Assembly (NCBI GenBank): GCA_035762665.1
Contig: DASTNZ010000040.1
Location: 15,060-79,059 of the forward strand
Length of the DNA stretch: 64,000 nt
Source of the DNA: Jiangellaceae bacterium
Lineage (GTDB): Bacteria; Actinomycetota; Actinomycetes; Jiangellales; Jiangellaceae
Reading direction: 5' to 3'
Shown here in pieces: positions 44,752 through 54,143 of the stretch. Every line of letters begins with the position of its first letter. Positions within the stretch are counted from its first letter, which is position 1. The translations under genes and the position numbers were made by a program. The notes beneath the pieces are model-generated. The model was not told the DNA's origin, did not search any database, and was given only the letters and a program-made list of their open reading frames with translations.

Positions 44752-45704
44752 AAGTCCTGATCTGGCACGTGCACGGTTCTTGGACGACGTCGCTCGTCCA
44801 GGGCAACCATGAATTCCTCCTTCCGGTGGTTTCTGACAGAGGGCCGGACGGCCGGGGCCGCGCGCAGACGTGGGACTGGCCGCCGAACGCCGTCGAGGTC
44901 CCCGTCGCCGAGCTCGGCGGCGCGGAGTTTGACGTCGCCGTCCTGCAGCGGCCGCGAGAGGTCGAACTCATGGCGGCGTGGACGGGCCGCCGTGCGGGCA
45001 CGGACGTCCCGGCTGTGTACGTGGAGCACAACGCACCGCACGGGCCGGCCGCCTCGACCCAGCACCCGCTGGCCGGCCAGGAGCTGATCCCGATCGTCCA
45101 CGTCACTCACTTCAACCGGCTGATGTGGGACAACGGCGTCGCTGCCGCGGAGGTCATCGAGCACGGCGTGATCGACCCGGGCTACCGCTATACCGGCGAG
45201 CGGCTCGTGGTGGCGGCCGTCGTAAACGAGCCGGTCCGCCGGTGGCGGGTCGCTGGGACGGACACCCTTGTCGACCTGTCGAACCAGGTCCCCGTCGAGG
45301 TGTTCGGCATGGGGATGGCCCCGCTTGTCGAGCGGGCACCCCGGCTTGCCGGAGTGCACGAGAACCTCCGCCAGGACGCCCTGCATGAGGCGCTGGGCCG
45401 TTGCCGCGCCTACTTCCATCCGTACCGCTGGACGAGTCTCGGTCTCGCGCTCATCGAGGCCATGATGATCGGCCTGCCGGTGCTGGCCTGGGCGGCAACG
45501 GCCGCTCCGGACGCCGTGCCGGAGGGGGCCGGCGTGCTGTCGACCGATCCGGCGGAACTGGCCGCCGGTGCCCGGCGATGGCTTCACGACCCCGAAGAGG
45601 CGAGGCAGGTGGGCCTCTCCGCTCGAGAGCACGCCCTGACGCGCTTCAGTCTCGACCGGTTCCTGGGTGACTGGGACCGCTTACTCAAGGAGGTGGTTCG
45701 ATGA
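44748..45704 (+). CDS. Glycosyltransferase (GT-B fold, GT4-like, short)
   Basis: 318 aa. VKVLIWHVHGSW... and C-terminal YFHPYRWTSLGLALIEAMMIGLPVLA resemble the E-x7-E region of GT4 enzymes. GTGA overlap with the preceding gene. Confidence 0.65.
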   Translation: MKVLIWHVHGSWTTSLVQGNHEFLLPVVSDRGPDGRGRAQTWDWPPNAVEVPVAELGGAEFDVAVLQRPREVELMAAWTGRRAGTDVPAVYVEHNAPHGPAASTQHPLAGQELIPIVHVTHFNRLMWDNGVAAAEVIEHGVIDPGYRYTGERLVVAAVVNEPVRRWRVAGTDTLVDLSNQVPVEVFGMGMAPLVERAPRLAGVHENLRQDALHEALGRCRAYFHPYRWTSLGLALIEAMMIGLPVLAWAATAAPDAVPEGAGVLSTDPAELAAGARRWLHDPEEARQVGLSAREHALTRFSLDRFLGDWDRLLKEVVR

Positions 45705-46912
45705 GGATCGCGATGATCTCAGAGCACGCCAGCCCTCTGGCGGCACTTGGTAGTGCCGACGCGGGCGGGCAGAACGTCTACGTCGGCGCGCTGGCTGGCG
45801 CTCTCGCGGCGCGTGGCCACCAGGTGGACGTCTACACCCGGCGCGATGCTGCTGACCTGCCACCGACTGCCGAGCTGTGCCCTGGTGTGACCGTCGTCCA
45901 CGTGCCGGCCGGGCCGGCTGAACAAATACCGAAGGACGAACTGCCGCCGTACATGCCGACCTTCGGCCGGTGGCTGCACCGCACCTGGTCCGGGGATCGT
46001 CGGCCGGATGTCGCGCACGCCCATTTCTGGATGTCAGGGATGGCCACCGTACCCGCGGCGAAGGACCTGGGTATCCCGATGGTGCAGACCTTCCACGCGC
46101 TCGGCTCGGTCAAGCGCCGGTATCAAGGGGCGGCCGACACCAGCCCGCCGCAGCGAATCAGGATCGAGTCCGCGATCGGCCGTTGGGCGGACCTGGTCAT
46201 CGCGACATGTCGCGACGAGGTCGGCGAGCTGACTCGGCTCGGTGTAGCGGAGAGCCGGATCCGGATTGTGCCGTGCGGCGTCGATACCGGGCGGTTCACA
46301 CCAGACGGCGATGTTTGGCTGGCGAACGGTCGCCGCCGCCTGCTCTCCTTGGGCCGGCTGGTCGAGCGTAAGGGTGTCGACACCGTCATCCGCGCCATGC
46401 CGGAGCTTCCCGACGCCGACCTGTTGATCGGCGGAGGCCCTCCGGCCGAGCGATTGGGTGAAGACCCCGAGGCCCGCCGGCTGTCAACGCTCGCCGACGA
46501 GCTTGGCGTCGCGGCGCGGGTGACCCTGCTAGGCAGCGTCCACCATGACGACGTTCCGGCGCTGATCCGCTCGGCTGACGCCGTCGTCACCACGCCGTGG
46601 TACGAGCCGTTCGGAATCGTCCCGGTCGAGGCCATGAGCTGCGCTCGGCCGGTGATCGGCAGCGCAGTCGGCGGACTGCTCGACTCGGTCGCCGACGGAG
46701 AGACCGGCGTGCTCGTCCCTCCCAAAGACGCTGCTGCAGTCGCCGGCGCGGCCAAGCGGTTGCTCGCCGACGAGACCTTGCGCCGCCGCCTCGGCCGAGC
46801 AGGGAGGCGGCGCGCCGAGCATCGCTTCGACTGGGCGCGCGTCGCCGAGCAGGTCGAGCAGGTCTACACGGAGGTGGCCACCAGCCGGGTGCACCGATTG
46901 GAGGCCGTGTGA
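45701..46912 (+). CDS. Glycosyltransferase family 4 (GT-B)
   Basis: MRIAMISEHASPLA..G..D.GGQNVYV N-terminus and EPFGIVPVEAMSCARPVIGSAVGGLLDSV. 403 aa. Confidence 0.85.
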   Translation: MRIAMISEHASPLAALGSADAGGQNVYVGALAGALAARGHQVDVYTRRDAADLPPTAELCPGVTVVHVPAGPAEQIPKDELPPYMPTFGRWLHRTWSGDRRPDVAHAHFWMSGMATVPAAKDLGIPMVQTFHALGSVKRRYQGAADTSPPQRIRIESAIGRWADLVIATCRDEVGELTRLGVAESRIRIVPCGVDTGRFTPDGDVWLANGRRRLLSLGRLVERKGVDTVIRAMPELPDADLLIGGGPPAERLGEDPEARRLSTLADELGVAARVTLLGSVHHDDVPALIRSADAVVTTPWYEPFGIVPVEAMSCARPVIGSAVGGLLDSVADGETGVLVPPKDAAAVAGAAKRLLADETLRRRLGRAGRRRAEHRFDWARVAEQVEQVYTEVATSRVHRLEAV

Positions 46913-47514
46913 TGAACCCGCAATCTTGGCTTCCCGCCCATGTCGACGAACTGTGCAGGGCACTGACCGTGTTCCGGCAAAGCGCGGAACTTATCGAAGC
47001 GCTCGGCCGCCGGCTCGCGTGGGTGCTCGACAGCGGTGGCCGGCTGCTAGCCGTGGGCAACGGCGGCAGCGCTGCTGAGGCGCAACACTTGACCGCCGAA
47101 CTGGTGGGTCGGTTCGACGGCGAGCACCGGCCGATGTCGGCGCTCTGCCTGTCCGCCGAGACGTCGAGCCTCACTGCGATCCTGAACGACTACGGACCTG
47201 ATGAGGTGTTCGCCCGCCAGGTCGAGGCTCACGGCCGCCCTGGCGACATCCTTGTCGCTCTCTCGACCAGTGGGCGGAGCCGCAACGTGCTCCGGGCAGT
47301 TGAACGGGCCCGTGATGCCGGGCTCGATGTGTGGGCCTTCACCGGTGCGGTGCCCAACCCGCTCGCCGGACTGGCCGACTTCACCGTCCCGGTGATGGCG
47401 CGGTCCACCGCTGTGGTCCAGGAGGTCCATCTGGTGGCCGTCCACGCCCTGTGCGCTGCCGTCGACGCGCATCTGCCGGCGAACTCCCTGAACCTTGAGG
47501 AGGTTTCGGCGTGA
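46912..47514 (+). CDS. gmhA: Phosphoheptose (sedoheptulose-7-phosphate) isomerase, SIS domain
   Basis: GGRLLAVGNGGSAAEAQHLTAELVGRF and ALSTSGRSRNV are GmhA/SIS motifs. The start overlaps the previous stop by 1 nt (TGATG). Confidence 0.8.
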   Translation: MNPQSWLPAHVDELCRALTVFRQSAELIEALGRRLAWVLDSGGRLLAVGNGGSAAEAQHLTAELVGRFDGEHRPMSALCLSAETSSLTAILNDYGPDEVFARQVEAHGRPGDILVALSTSGRSRNVLRAVERARDAGLDVWAFTGAVPNPLAGLADFTVPVMARSTAVVQEVHLVAVHALCAAVDAHLPANSLNLEEVSA

Positions 47515-48977
47515 CCAAGCCATCCGTCGTGGTCATCGGGGACGTCGTCCTCGATCGGGACATCACCGGCCGGGCAGAACGGCTGAGCCCGGAGGCTCCA
47601 GTCCCTGTCGTCGACGTCGACGGCGTCCGCGAGCGGCCCGGCGCGGCCGGCTTGGCGGCGCAGCTCTGCGCGTCCGGTGCGGTCGACGTGACCCTGGCCG
47701 CGCCGGTGGCGTCCGACGCCGCGGGTCAGCGGCTGGCAGCCATGCTGAGCAGCGACTTGAACCTGGTGCCGTTGCCGCACGAAGGCCCGACCCGGCACAA
47801 GACGAGAGTGCTGGCCGGCGGGCACGTCGTCGTGCGGCTCGACGAAGGCGGACCGGGTGAGCCGGTCGACCCGCCGCTCGACTTGGTCCGGAGCGTGCTC
47901 CGTGACGCCGATGTCATTCTGGTCTCCGACTACGGAGCCGGGACGACCCGCCATCTCGGAATCCGCGAGTTGCTGGCCGACGCCGCGGAGCGGATGCCCA
48001 CCGTCTGGGATCCCCATCCGCGCGGTGGCCAGCCCGTACCCGGCGTGATTGTCACCCCCAACCTCATCGAAGCCCGGGCCGCGGCATCCCAGGCCGGTCT
48101 CGACGCCGACGGCGACTACGGTTCTCTCGCCATGGCGCTCAGCGAGCATTGGCGGGCCCGCGCGGTCTGCGTAACGACAGGTGCCGACGGCGCTCACCTC
48201 GCAGTGCCGCCTGACGAAACGACGGCGCTGCCGGCGCCCTGGCTGGCGTCCGGCGACACATGTGGTGCCGGGGATCGGTTCGTTTCTGCCGTTGTGCGCG
48301 CGATTGCGCTCGGTGCCGCGGTCCGTGACGCTGCGGCGTCTGGAGTCGCCGAGGCCACCGCTTGGGTGGCGGCTGGGGGAGTCAGCGCGCGGGTGGGTCA
48401 ACCCGGCCCGCTCCAGCCCGGCGGCCATCCTCCGGCGGCACCGCCCCACGACGGCTCCTCGTTCAATGCCGCGTCATCGAGTGGCGACGCCGTGCCGAGT
48501 CGCGAGGCGGTAGCCGAAGTTCGGGCCCGTGGCGGCACGGTGGTGGCGACCGGTGGCTGCTTCGACATTCTGCATGCCGGTCATATCGCCTGCCTGGAAG
48601 CCGCTCGGCGAATGGGCGACGTCCTCGTCGTCCTGATCAACTCCGATAGGTCAGTGCGCCGGCTCAAGGGTCCCGGACGTCCGGTGATGACCGCTGCGGA
48701 GCGGGCCCGCGTCCTGCTCGCGCTGCGCTGTGTCGACGCCGTCGAAGTCTTCGACGAGGACGACCCGCGGGCTGCGCTCGACCGGCTCCGGCCCGACGTG
48801 TGGGTCAAGGGCGGTGACTATGCCGCGACACCGATCCCGGAAGCCGAACTTGTCGAGGGCTGGGGCGGGCGGGTTGTGCTCGTCCCGTACCTAGATGGGC
48901 ACTCGACCACCTCAATCCTGCAGCGCTCGGCCGGGAGTTGGGCGCGGAACCTTACGGAGGCGTCATGGACCGCATGA
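47511..48977 (+). CDS. hldE: Bifunctional D-beta-D-heptose 7-phosphate kinase / heptose 1-phosphate adenylyltransferase
   Basis: N-terminal PfkB-like kinase (VVVIGDVVLDRDI.G...RLSPEAPVPVV; GAGD) and C-terminal cytidylyltransferase domain (GGCFDILHAGHI...L). A Pro/Gly-rich linker joins them. Confidence 0.85.
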   Translation: MTKPSVVVIGDVVLDRDITGRAERLSPEAPVPVVDVDGVRERPGAAGLAAQLCASGAVDVTLAAPVASDAAGQRLAAMLSSDLNLVPLPHEGPTRHKTRVLAGGHVVVRLDEGGPGEPVDPPLDLVRSVLRDADVILVSDYGAGTTRHLGIRELLADAAERMPTVWDPHPRGGQPVPGVIVTPNLIEARAAASQAGLDADGDYGSLAMALSEHWRARAVCVTTGADGAHLAVPPDETTALPAPWLASGDTCGAGDRFVSAVVRAIALGAAVRDAAASGVAEATAWVAAGGVSARVGQPGPLQPGGHPPAAPPHDGSSFNAASSSGDAVPSREAVAEVRARGGTVVATGGCFDILHAGHIACLEAARRMGDVLVVLINSDRSVRRLKGPGRPVMTAAERARVLLALRCVDAVEVFDEDDPRAALDRLRPDVWVKGGDYAATPIPEAELVEGWGGRVVLVPYLDGHSTTSILQRSAGSWARNLTEASWTA

Positions 48978-49660
48978 ACGACATTGGCACGGTGTATGTC
49001 ACGGGTGGCTCGAGCGGGTTGGGCGCCGCCATTGTGAGCGCGGTCGCCAAGGCCGGCGGGACACCTGGGGTGATCGACCGGGTACCACCTGAAGGGGGCG
49101 TTGCACATTGCCTGGCCGACCTGGCCGAGCCGGGAGATGCCGAACGTGCGGTGGCCGATCTCGTCGACCAAATCGGCCCGCCGACGGCGGTCGTCACCGC
49201 AGCGGGGACCGACGCGTGCGGCACGCTCGCCGATGTCGATCCCGAGTCGTGGGAGCGTGTCGTGCGGGTGAACCTATTCGGAACGGTTGCCACGGTACGC
49301 GCCTGCCTGCCGCACCTCGAACGCGTCCGCGGCACTGTCATAACGGTCGGCTCGACGCTCGGTCTCCGCGCGCTCAGTGACGCCACTGCATACTGCGCGT
49401 CCAAGTTCGGTGTCGTGGGCTTCACCAGAGCACTGGCCGCCGAACTCGCCGGCAAGGTCGGCGTCACACTGTTAATCCCGGGCGGCATGCGGACCTCATT
49501 CTTCGACGGGCGCCCGGAGCAGTACCGCCCGGCGGCGGACGCGGACCTGTGCGACCCGGCCGACGTCGCGGACGTAGCGCTCGGCGTTCTCCGCCAACCG
49601 GCCACTTGCCAGGTGCGGGAGCTGGTGGTCACGCCGGCGCAGGAACCGTCCTGGCCATGA
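48965..49660 (+). CDS. SDR family oxidoreductase (classical, 231 aa)
   Basis: VYVTGGSSGLGAAIV and YCASKFG motifs. ATG 48965 follows GGAGG and overlaps the hldE end by 13 nt. Confidence 0.75.
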   Translation: MDRMNDIGTVYVTGGSSGLGAAIVSAVAKAGGTPGVIDRVPPEGGVAHCLADLAEPGDAERAVADLVDQIGPPTAVVTAAGTDACGTLADVDPESWERVVRVNLFGTVATVRACLPHLERVRGTVITVGSTLGLRALSDATAYCASKFGVVGFTRALAAELAGKVGVTLLIPGGMRTSFFDGRPEQYRPAADADLCDPADVADVALGVLRQPATCQVRELVVTPAQEPSWP

Positions 49661-50628
49661 CGCTGGGCACGGTCCTGGCGCTGCGCGCCCTGGGACTGGG
49701 AGACACCGTCACTGGCATCGCCGCGTTACGAGGCGTGCGGCGCGCCTGGCCGGCCAGCCGACTCGTGCTCGCCGCGCCTGGCTGGTACGCAGGCTGGCTC
49801 AGAGAGCTCGGCGTTGTCGACGAGGTGCTACACACGCGCGGGCTCGATCGGCTGGACTGGCCGACAGGCGGGGGGCACCTGGCGATCAACCTGCACGGCT
49901 GTGGGCCGGAGAGCCATCGTGTGCTCCAGGCCACCGGGCCCGCGCGGCTTGTCGCTTTTCGGTGCGGTGCCGCCGGTCACGAGGTCGGCCCCGACTGGTC
50001 CCGGGACGAACACGAGGTCTTGCGGTGGTGCCGGCTCGTGACCGATGCCGGTGGACCATGCGGCCCAGACGACCTCCGGCTGCCCAGGCTTGCGCCTTCC
50101 CACGGCACCATCGTCGTCCACCCAGGGGCTGCGTCCGCTTCCCGGCGTTGGCCAGGAAGCCGCTGGCGGCAAGTCGTCCGTGCGCTCGCTGCCCACGGTC
50201 ACGACATTGCGGTCACCGGCGGCCGCAGCGAGCGGAGTCGCTGCGCCGGGATCGCCGACGGGCTGCCACGGATCAGCAACCTGGCGGGTGAGCTGTCTGT
50301 GCCCGCGCTGGCGGACTTGGTGGCGGGCGCTCCGCTGCTGCTTGCCGGAGACACCGGACCGGCGCACCTCGCGACCGCGTTCGGAACCCCGTCGGTCCTG
50401 CTGTTCGGGCCTACCTCTCCCGCCCGGTGGGGACCAGCAATCGACCCGGACCTCCATATCGTCCTCTGGCGCGGCGAACCGGAGGGTGGAGACCCGCACG
50501 CCGACGAGCTTGACCCGGCACTGGCTCGGATCGAGGTCACCGAGGTCCTCGACGCCGCTGCGGCGTTGCTGAGCAATGGCCGGCGTGCTTCTGACGTGCC
50601 GGGCATCGACCTCGCGCGCCGACCCTAA
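49657..50628 (+). CDS. Glycosyltransferase family 9 (heptosyltransferase-like), second copy
   Basis: VLALRALGLGDTVTGIAALRGVR N-terminus and GDTGPAHLATAFGTPSVLLFGP. ATGA overlap with the SDR gene. Confidence 0.8.
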   Translation: MTLGTVLALRALGLGDTVTGIAALRGVRRAWPASRLVLAAPGWYAGWLRELGVVDEVLHTRGLDRLDWPTGGGHLAINLHGCGPESHRVLQATGPARLVAFRCGAAGHEVGPDWSRDEHEVLRWCRLVTDAGGPCGPDDLRLPRLAPSHGTIVVHPGAASASRRWPGSRWRQVVRALAAHGHDIAVTGGRSERSRCAGIADGLPRISNLAGELSVPALADLVAGAPLLLAGDTGPAHLATAFGTPSVLLFGPTSPARWGPAIDPDLHIVLWRGEPEGGDPHADELDPALARIEVTEVLDAAAALLSNGRRASDVPGIDLARRP

Positions 50629-50642
50629 GGCGGGCTCGCCGG

Positions 50643-51614
50643 TCAGGCCATCGTCACCGGTTCTGGCATGCGTGCATTGTCGGCGAACCAAGCCACCGTC
50701 CTAGCCAGGCCGGTTGACCACGCAACTCGCGGCTCCCAGCCGAGCACCGTCTTGGCCAGGGTGGTGTCCGGCCGGCGAACTTGGGGGTCGTCGACCGGCC
50801 GATCGACATACTGGATGGGAGAGTCCGAACCTGTCGCAGCGACGATGTCCTCAGCGATTTTCCGAACCGTGAGCTCGGTCGGGTTGCCGAGGTTCATCGG
50901 GCCCGGATGACCGCTCGCTGCTAGGTCCAGGATGCCCTCGACCAGGTCGTTCACGTAGCAGACCGATCGCGTCTGGAAGCCATCGCCGGCGACGGTGAGC
51001 GGCTCGCTCGCAAGTGCCTGCCGGATGAACGTCGGAATCGCACGCCCGTCGGCGGCCCGCATGCGCTCGCCGTAGGTGTTGAAGATCCGAACGATGGCGG
51101 TTTCCACGTTGTGGGTGTTGCGATAGGCGGTCGTCAGAGCCTCGGCGTACCGCTTCGCCTCGTCGTACACCCCCCGGGGGCCGACCGGGTTGACATGGCC
51201 CCAGTAGTCCTCTGGTTGTGGATGCACCTGCGGGTCGCCGTATACCTCAGACGTGGATGCGAGCACGAACCTGGCCTGCTTGTCCCTCGCCAAGCCGAGA
51301 GCATGCCAGGTTCCGAGCGCCCCTACTTTGAGCGTCTCGAGCGGCAGCCGCAGGTAATCGACCGGTGAAGCCGGTGATGCGAAGTGGAGGACGAGGTCGA
51401 CGTTGCCTGGAACATGGATGAAGTCGGTCAGGTCGCACCGCAGCAAGCGGAACCCCGGTCGGTCCATGAGATGTGCGACGTTGGCCGGCGTGCCGGTGAG
51501 GAAGTTGTCGAGGCAGACCACCTGACTGCCACGGGAAATAAGTGCCTCGCATAGATGGCTGCCGAGAAATCCGGCGCCTCCGGTGACGACTGCTCGCTGG
51601 AAACTCCACTCCAT
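50643..51614 (-). CDS. UDP-glucuronate decarboxylase (UDP-xylose synthase)-like extended SDR
   Basis: VVTGGAGFLGSHLCEAL, STSEVYGDP..HPQ.E.YWG.VNP.G.R..YDE.KR.AE. This pattern matches UXS/ArnA-decarboxylase-type enzymes. Confidence 0.8.
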   Translation of the reverse strand: MEWSFQRAVVTGGAGFLGSHLCEALISRGSQVVCLDNFLTGTPANVAHLMDRPGFRLLRCDLTDFIHVPGNVDLVLHFASPASPVDYLRLPLETLKVGALGTWHALGLARDKQARFVLASTSEVYGDPQVHPQPEDYWGHVNPVGPRGVYDEAKRYAEALTTAYRNTHNVETAIVRIFNTYGERMRAADGRAIPTFIRQALASEPLTVAGDGFQTRSVCYVNDLVEGILDLAASGHPGPMNLGNPTELTVRKIAEDIVAATGSDSPIQYVDRPVDDPQVRRPDTTLAKTVLGWEPRVAWSTGLARTVAWFADNARMPEPVTMA

Positions 51615-51983
51615 GGCCGGGTGAGTACCCCGGCACAGCTATAGCAAACGGAGCGGTTATTTGTCGCGTAGCGTAACAGTTGCGCCCGGGAAGGACCTGT
51701 CGTAGAGGTCTCGCAATTCATTTATCAATGACAGAGCAATGCCACGGCAATTTGAGGTCGGGCCATTCATCTTGCCTCATACCTTCTGTTCAGCGCGAGA
51801 TGGATTTCGGAGAAATCCTCGATCCGGCACGGATGTCCCGTGCCAACGCTCCGCTCGACCCGATTCGTTCAGCTGCTCTGGAGAAATCGAGTGGCATCAG
51901 CATGCTTCCGCGGCGAATGCCGAGGACCGCGGTGACGACCTGCCCGGCGGTGACGAGGTGAGGACGCTAAGCACACCTCCGTG

Positions 51984-52083
51984 TTGATCATGCAATCAGG
52001 GTCGACACGCCGCAATGTCCGGTTTGTCGTCGCGGGCTAGATTCGGACAATGGCGGCGTGTCGACCCTGACTTGCATGATCAA
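51984..52083. repeat. Palindromic element family B, copy 2 (about 100 bp)
   Basis: TTGATCATGCAATCAGGGTCGACACGCCGC-(39 nt)-GCGGCGTGTCGACCCTGACTTGCATGATCAA, with one bulged G. The spacer starts AATGTC as in copy 1. Flanks CACACCT/AGGTGTG extend the pairing. Confidence 0.9.
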
Positions 52084-52093
52084 GGTGTGGTGG

Positions 52094-52522
52094 TCACGTG
52101 TTTGGTGGTGCGGCGCTGATATCCGCCAGGGCTGACTTGGGATCCTCGGCCATTGCTAGGTCGCCGATACTGACGAAACCCTGCGGCGTGCCGTCCGCGG
52201 CGATCACCGGCAGCCGACGGATGGCGTGATCACGCATCAGCCCGACGGCCTCCGACACCGGAACGTCTGGCAGCACGCTGATCAGGTCCTTGCTGCAGAC
52301 CTCGGCCACCGTCGTCGATTCCGGCTCACGACGGGCGGCGAGCACGCGGACGGCGAGGTCTCGGTCGGTTACGATGCCCTGCACGCGCCCGCCCTCAACG
52401 ACGAGCACGTCTCCCACGTCGTACTCGCTCATCAGCTCTGCGGCCTCGGTGACCGGGGCGCTCGGACTGACGCCGATCACTTCTGGTGTCATGACGTCGG
52501 CTACGGACTGCTGTGTCATCAT
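52094..52522 (-). CDS. CBS-domain pair protein
   Basis: 142 aa. VADVMTPEVIGVSPSAPVTEAAELM....VGDVLVVE.GRV.GIVTDRDL and a second CBS repeat. The ATGATG start is preceded by GAGGAGGA. The track ORF (to 53245) is a shadow extension. Confidence 0.85.
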   Translation of the reverse strand: MMTQQSVADVMTPEVIGVSPSAPVTEAAELMSEYDVGDVLVVEGGRVQGIVTDRDLAVRVLAARREPESTTVAEVCSKDLISVLPDVPVSEAVGLMRDHAIRRLPVIAADGTPQGFVSIGDLAMAEDPKSALADISAAPPNT

Positions 52523-52751
52523 TCCTCCTCTGTGGTCGTGCAGTTGAGGGTCGTCATCGGCGGGTGGTCCTGCATGCTCGCGACTCCCTCCTGCTTCGAG
52601 TGCGGCATCGTTGCCTTGCAGGTACCGCACTCCGTCAGCTACCCGCTGTGTGGCCCAGTTCACCCGCCACTTCCGTCGGATTTCTCGGCCCGCACGACTG
52701 TCCAAAACCGGCCGGCGATTGGGCTCTGCCGTCGCGGGTAACGCGGAACGC

Positions 52752-53582
52752 ATGACGTACCAGGTCACCGTCGTCGTCGCCACCCGCAACCGGCGGGACG
52801 AACTGCTCCGCACGCTCGGGCGGCACGAGGCGCCCGTGATCGTCGTCGACAACGGCTCCTCGGACGGGACGCAGGAGGCGCTCCGCATGCTGCCGAACGT
52901 CACGTTGGTCGAGCTGGACGACAACCATGGCGCCCACGCGCGGACAGTTGGTGCACAACGGGCGGGTACGCCGTACGTCGCATTCGCCGACGACGACTCG
53001 TGGTGGGCGCCCGGCGCACTGGAGCGAGCGGCGAGGATCATGCGTGAACATCCCCGGCTTGCGGTGCTTGCCGCGCAGGTGAGGGTGATGCCGCGGGACG
53101 AGTTGGATCCATTTTGCCGACTGATGACCGACTCTCCGCTCGGGCGCGAACCTGACCTGCCGGGGCCATCGGTGCTGGGTTTCATGGCTTGTGCGGCTGT
53201 TGTGCACCGAGGAGCCTTTCTAGCCGTGGGCGGCTTTGACGACATCGTGCGGTTCCCGGGGGAGGAGGAGCGGGTCGCTCTCGACCTTGCAGCGGCAGGA
53301 TTGGCGTTGGCCTACGTGGACGAGGTCGTCGCCTACCATGAGCCGTCGCCGAGCCGGCACTCCACGAGTGAGCGAAAGGCCGCCGTCACGAGGAGTCGCG
53401 TGTTGACTTCGATGATGCGCCGTCCATGGCCGGTCGTAGCCCGCCAGCTCGCGTCGGCGGTGCGCTCCGGTGCGGGGGATCGGGCGGGTGTCGGCAGGGC
53501 GGTGCCGGAAATGTGGGCGGCATTACGCCACCGATCGGTCATCCCGTCCGCCGTCGAATCGCGCCTCGGAACGCTGACGTAA
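52752..53582 (+). CDS. Glycosyltransferase family 2
   Basis: VTVVVATRNRRDEL...VIVVDNGSSDGT...VAFADDDSWW (DxD). Confidence 0.75.
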   Translation: MTYQVTVVVATRNRRDELLRTLGRHEAPVIVVDNGSSDGTQEALRMLPNVTLVELDDNHGAHARTVGAQRAGTPYVAFADDDSWWAPGALERAARIMREHPRLAVLAAQVRVMPRDELDPFCRLMTDSPLGREPDLPGPSVLGFMACAAVVHRGAFLAVGGFDDIVRFPGEEERVALDLAAAGLALAYVDEVVAYHEPSPSRHSTSERKAAVTRSRVLTSMMRRPWPVVARQLASAVRSGAGDRAGVGRAVPEMWAALRHRSVIPSAVESRLGTLT

Positions 53583-53618
53583 AGCTCTCGCCGCTGTTCT
53601 GGTGATACGGGCGGCGCC

Positions 53619-54143
53619 TCATCGGGCTGCGAAGGTGTCCTCCGCTGTCCTGATCCGCAGCTCTTCAAGGAGTTCGGCCTGCCGCGCCGCGCGTTCGATG
53701 AGGCGGTCGAGCCGTGCCGGGTCGAGGCGATCATCGCGGTCGGCGAGCCGGCGCAGCAATACCCAGCCCGCGACCTTGCCCTCGACCGCGAGCCGTAACG
53801 CCTCGACCTCGAGCACGTCGCTGACCGGTGAACGGCCGAAGATGCGGCCATTCAGCTTAAGGCGGCCGAGCTTTTCCAGCGCCCATGTCGCGATCTGCTT
53901 ATACCTGCGCGCCGGCACTTTCAACCTGGCCATGATGTCGAGTAACTCGGCGCGGTCCCTGACGATTTCGGCGGCGATCTGCTGCAGCAAGGTCTGGTCC
54001 CGACCGTGCTGGCGAGCCGCCCGCCGCGCCAGCTCAATCGCTCCTGCGGCACCGGCCAGGTGGTCGTTGAGATAGACACCGATCCAGTCGTCCTTGTGAG
54101 CAAGGCGCTGCCTTGAGCGTGGGCCGAACGGTCCCATGGTCAT
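53619..54143 (-). CDS. Hypothetical helical protein
   Basis: 174 aa with high codon-3 G+C. ATGA overlap with the upstream BON/SRPBCC gene. No family recognised. Confidence 0.5.
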   Translation of the reverse strand: MTMGPFGPRSRQRLAHKDDWIGVYLNDHLAGAAGAIELARRAARQHGRDQTLLQQIAAEIVRDRAELLDIMARLKVPARRYKQIATWALEKLGRLKLNGRIFGRSPVSDVLEVEALRLAVEGKVAGWVLLRRLADRDDRLDPARLDRLIERAARQAELLEELRIRTAEDTFAAR

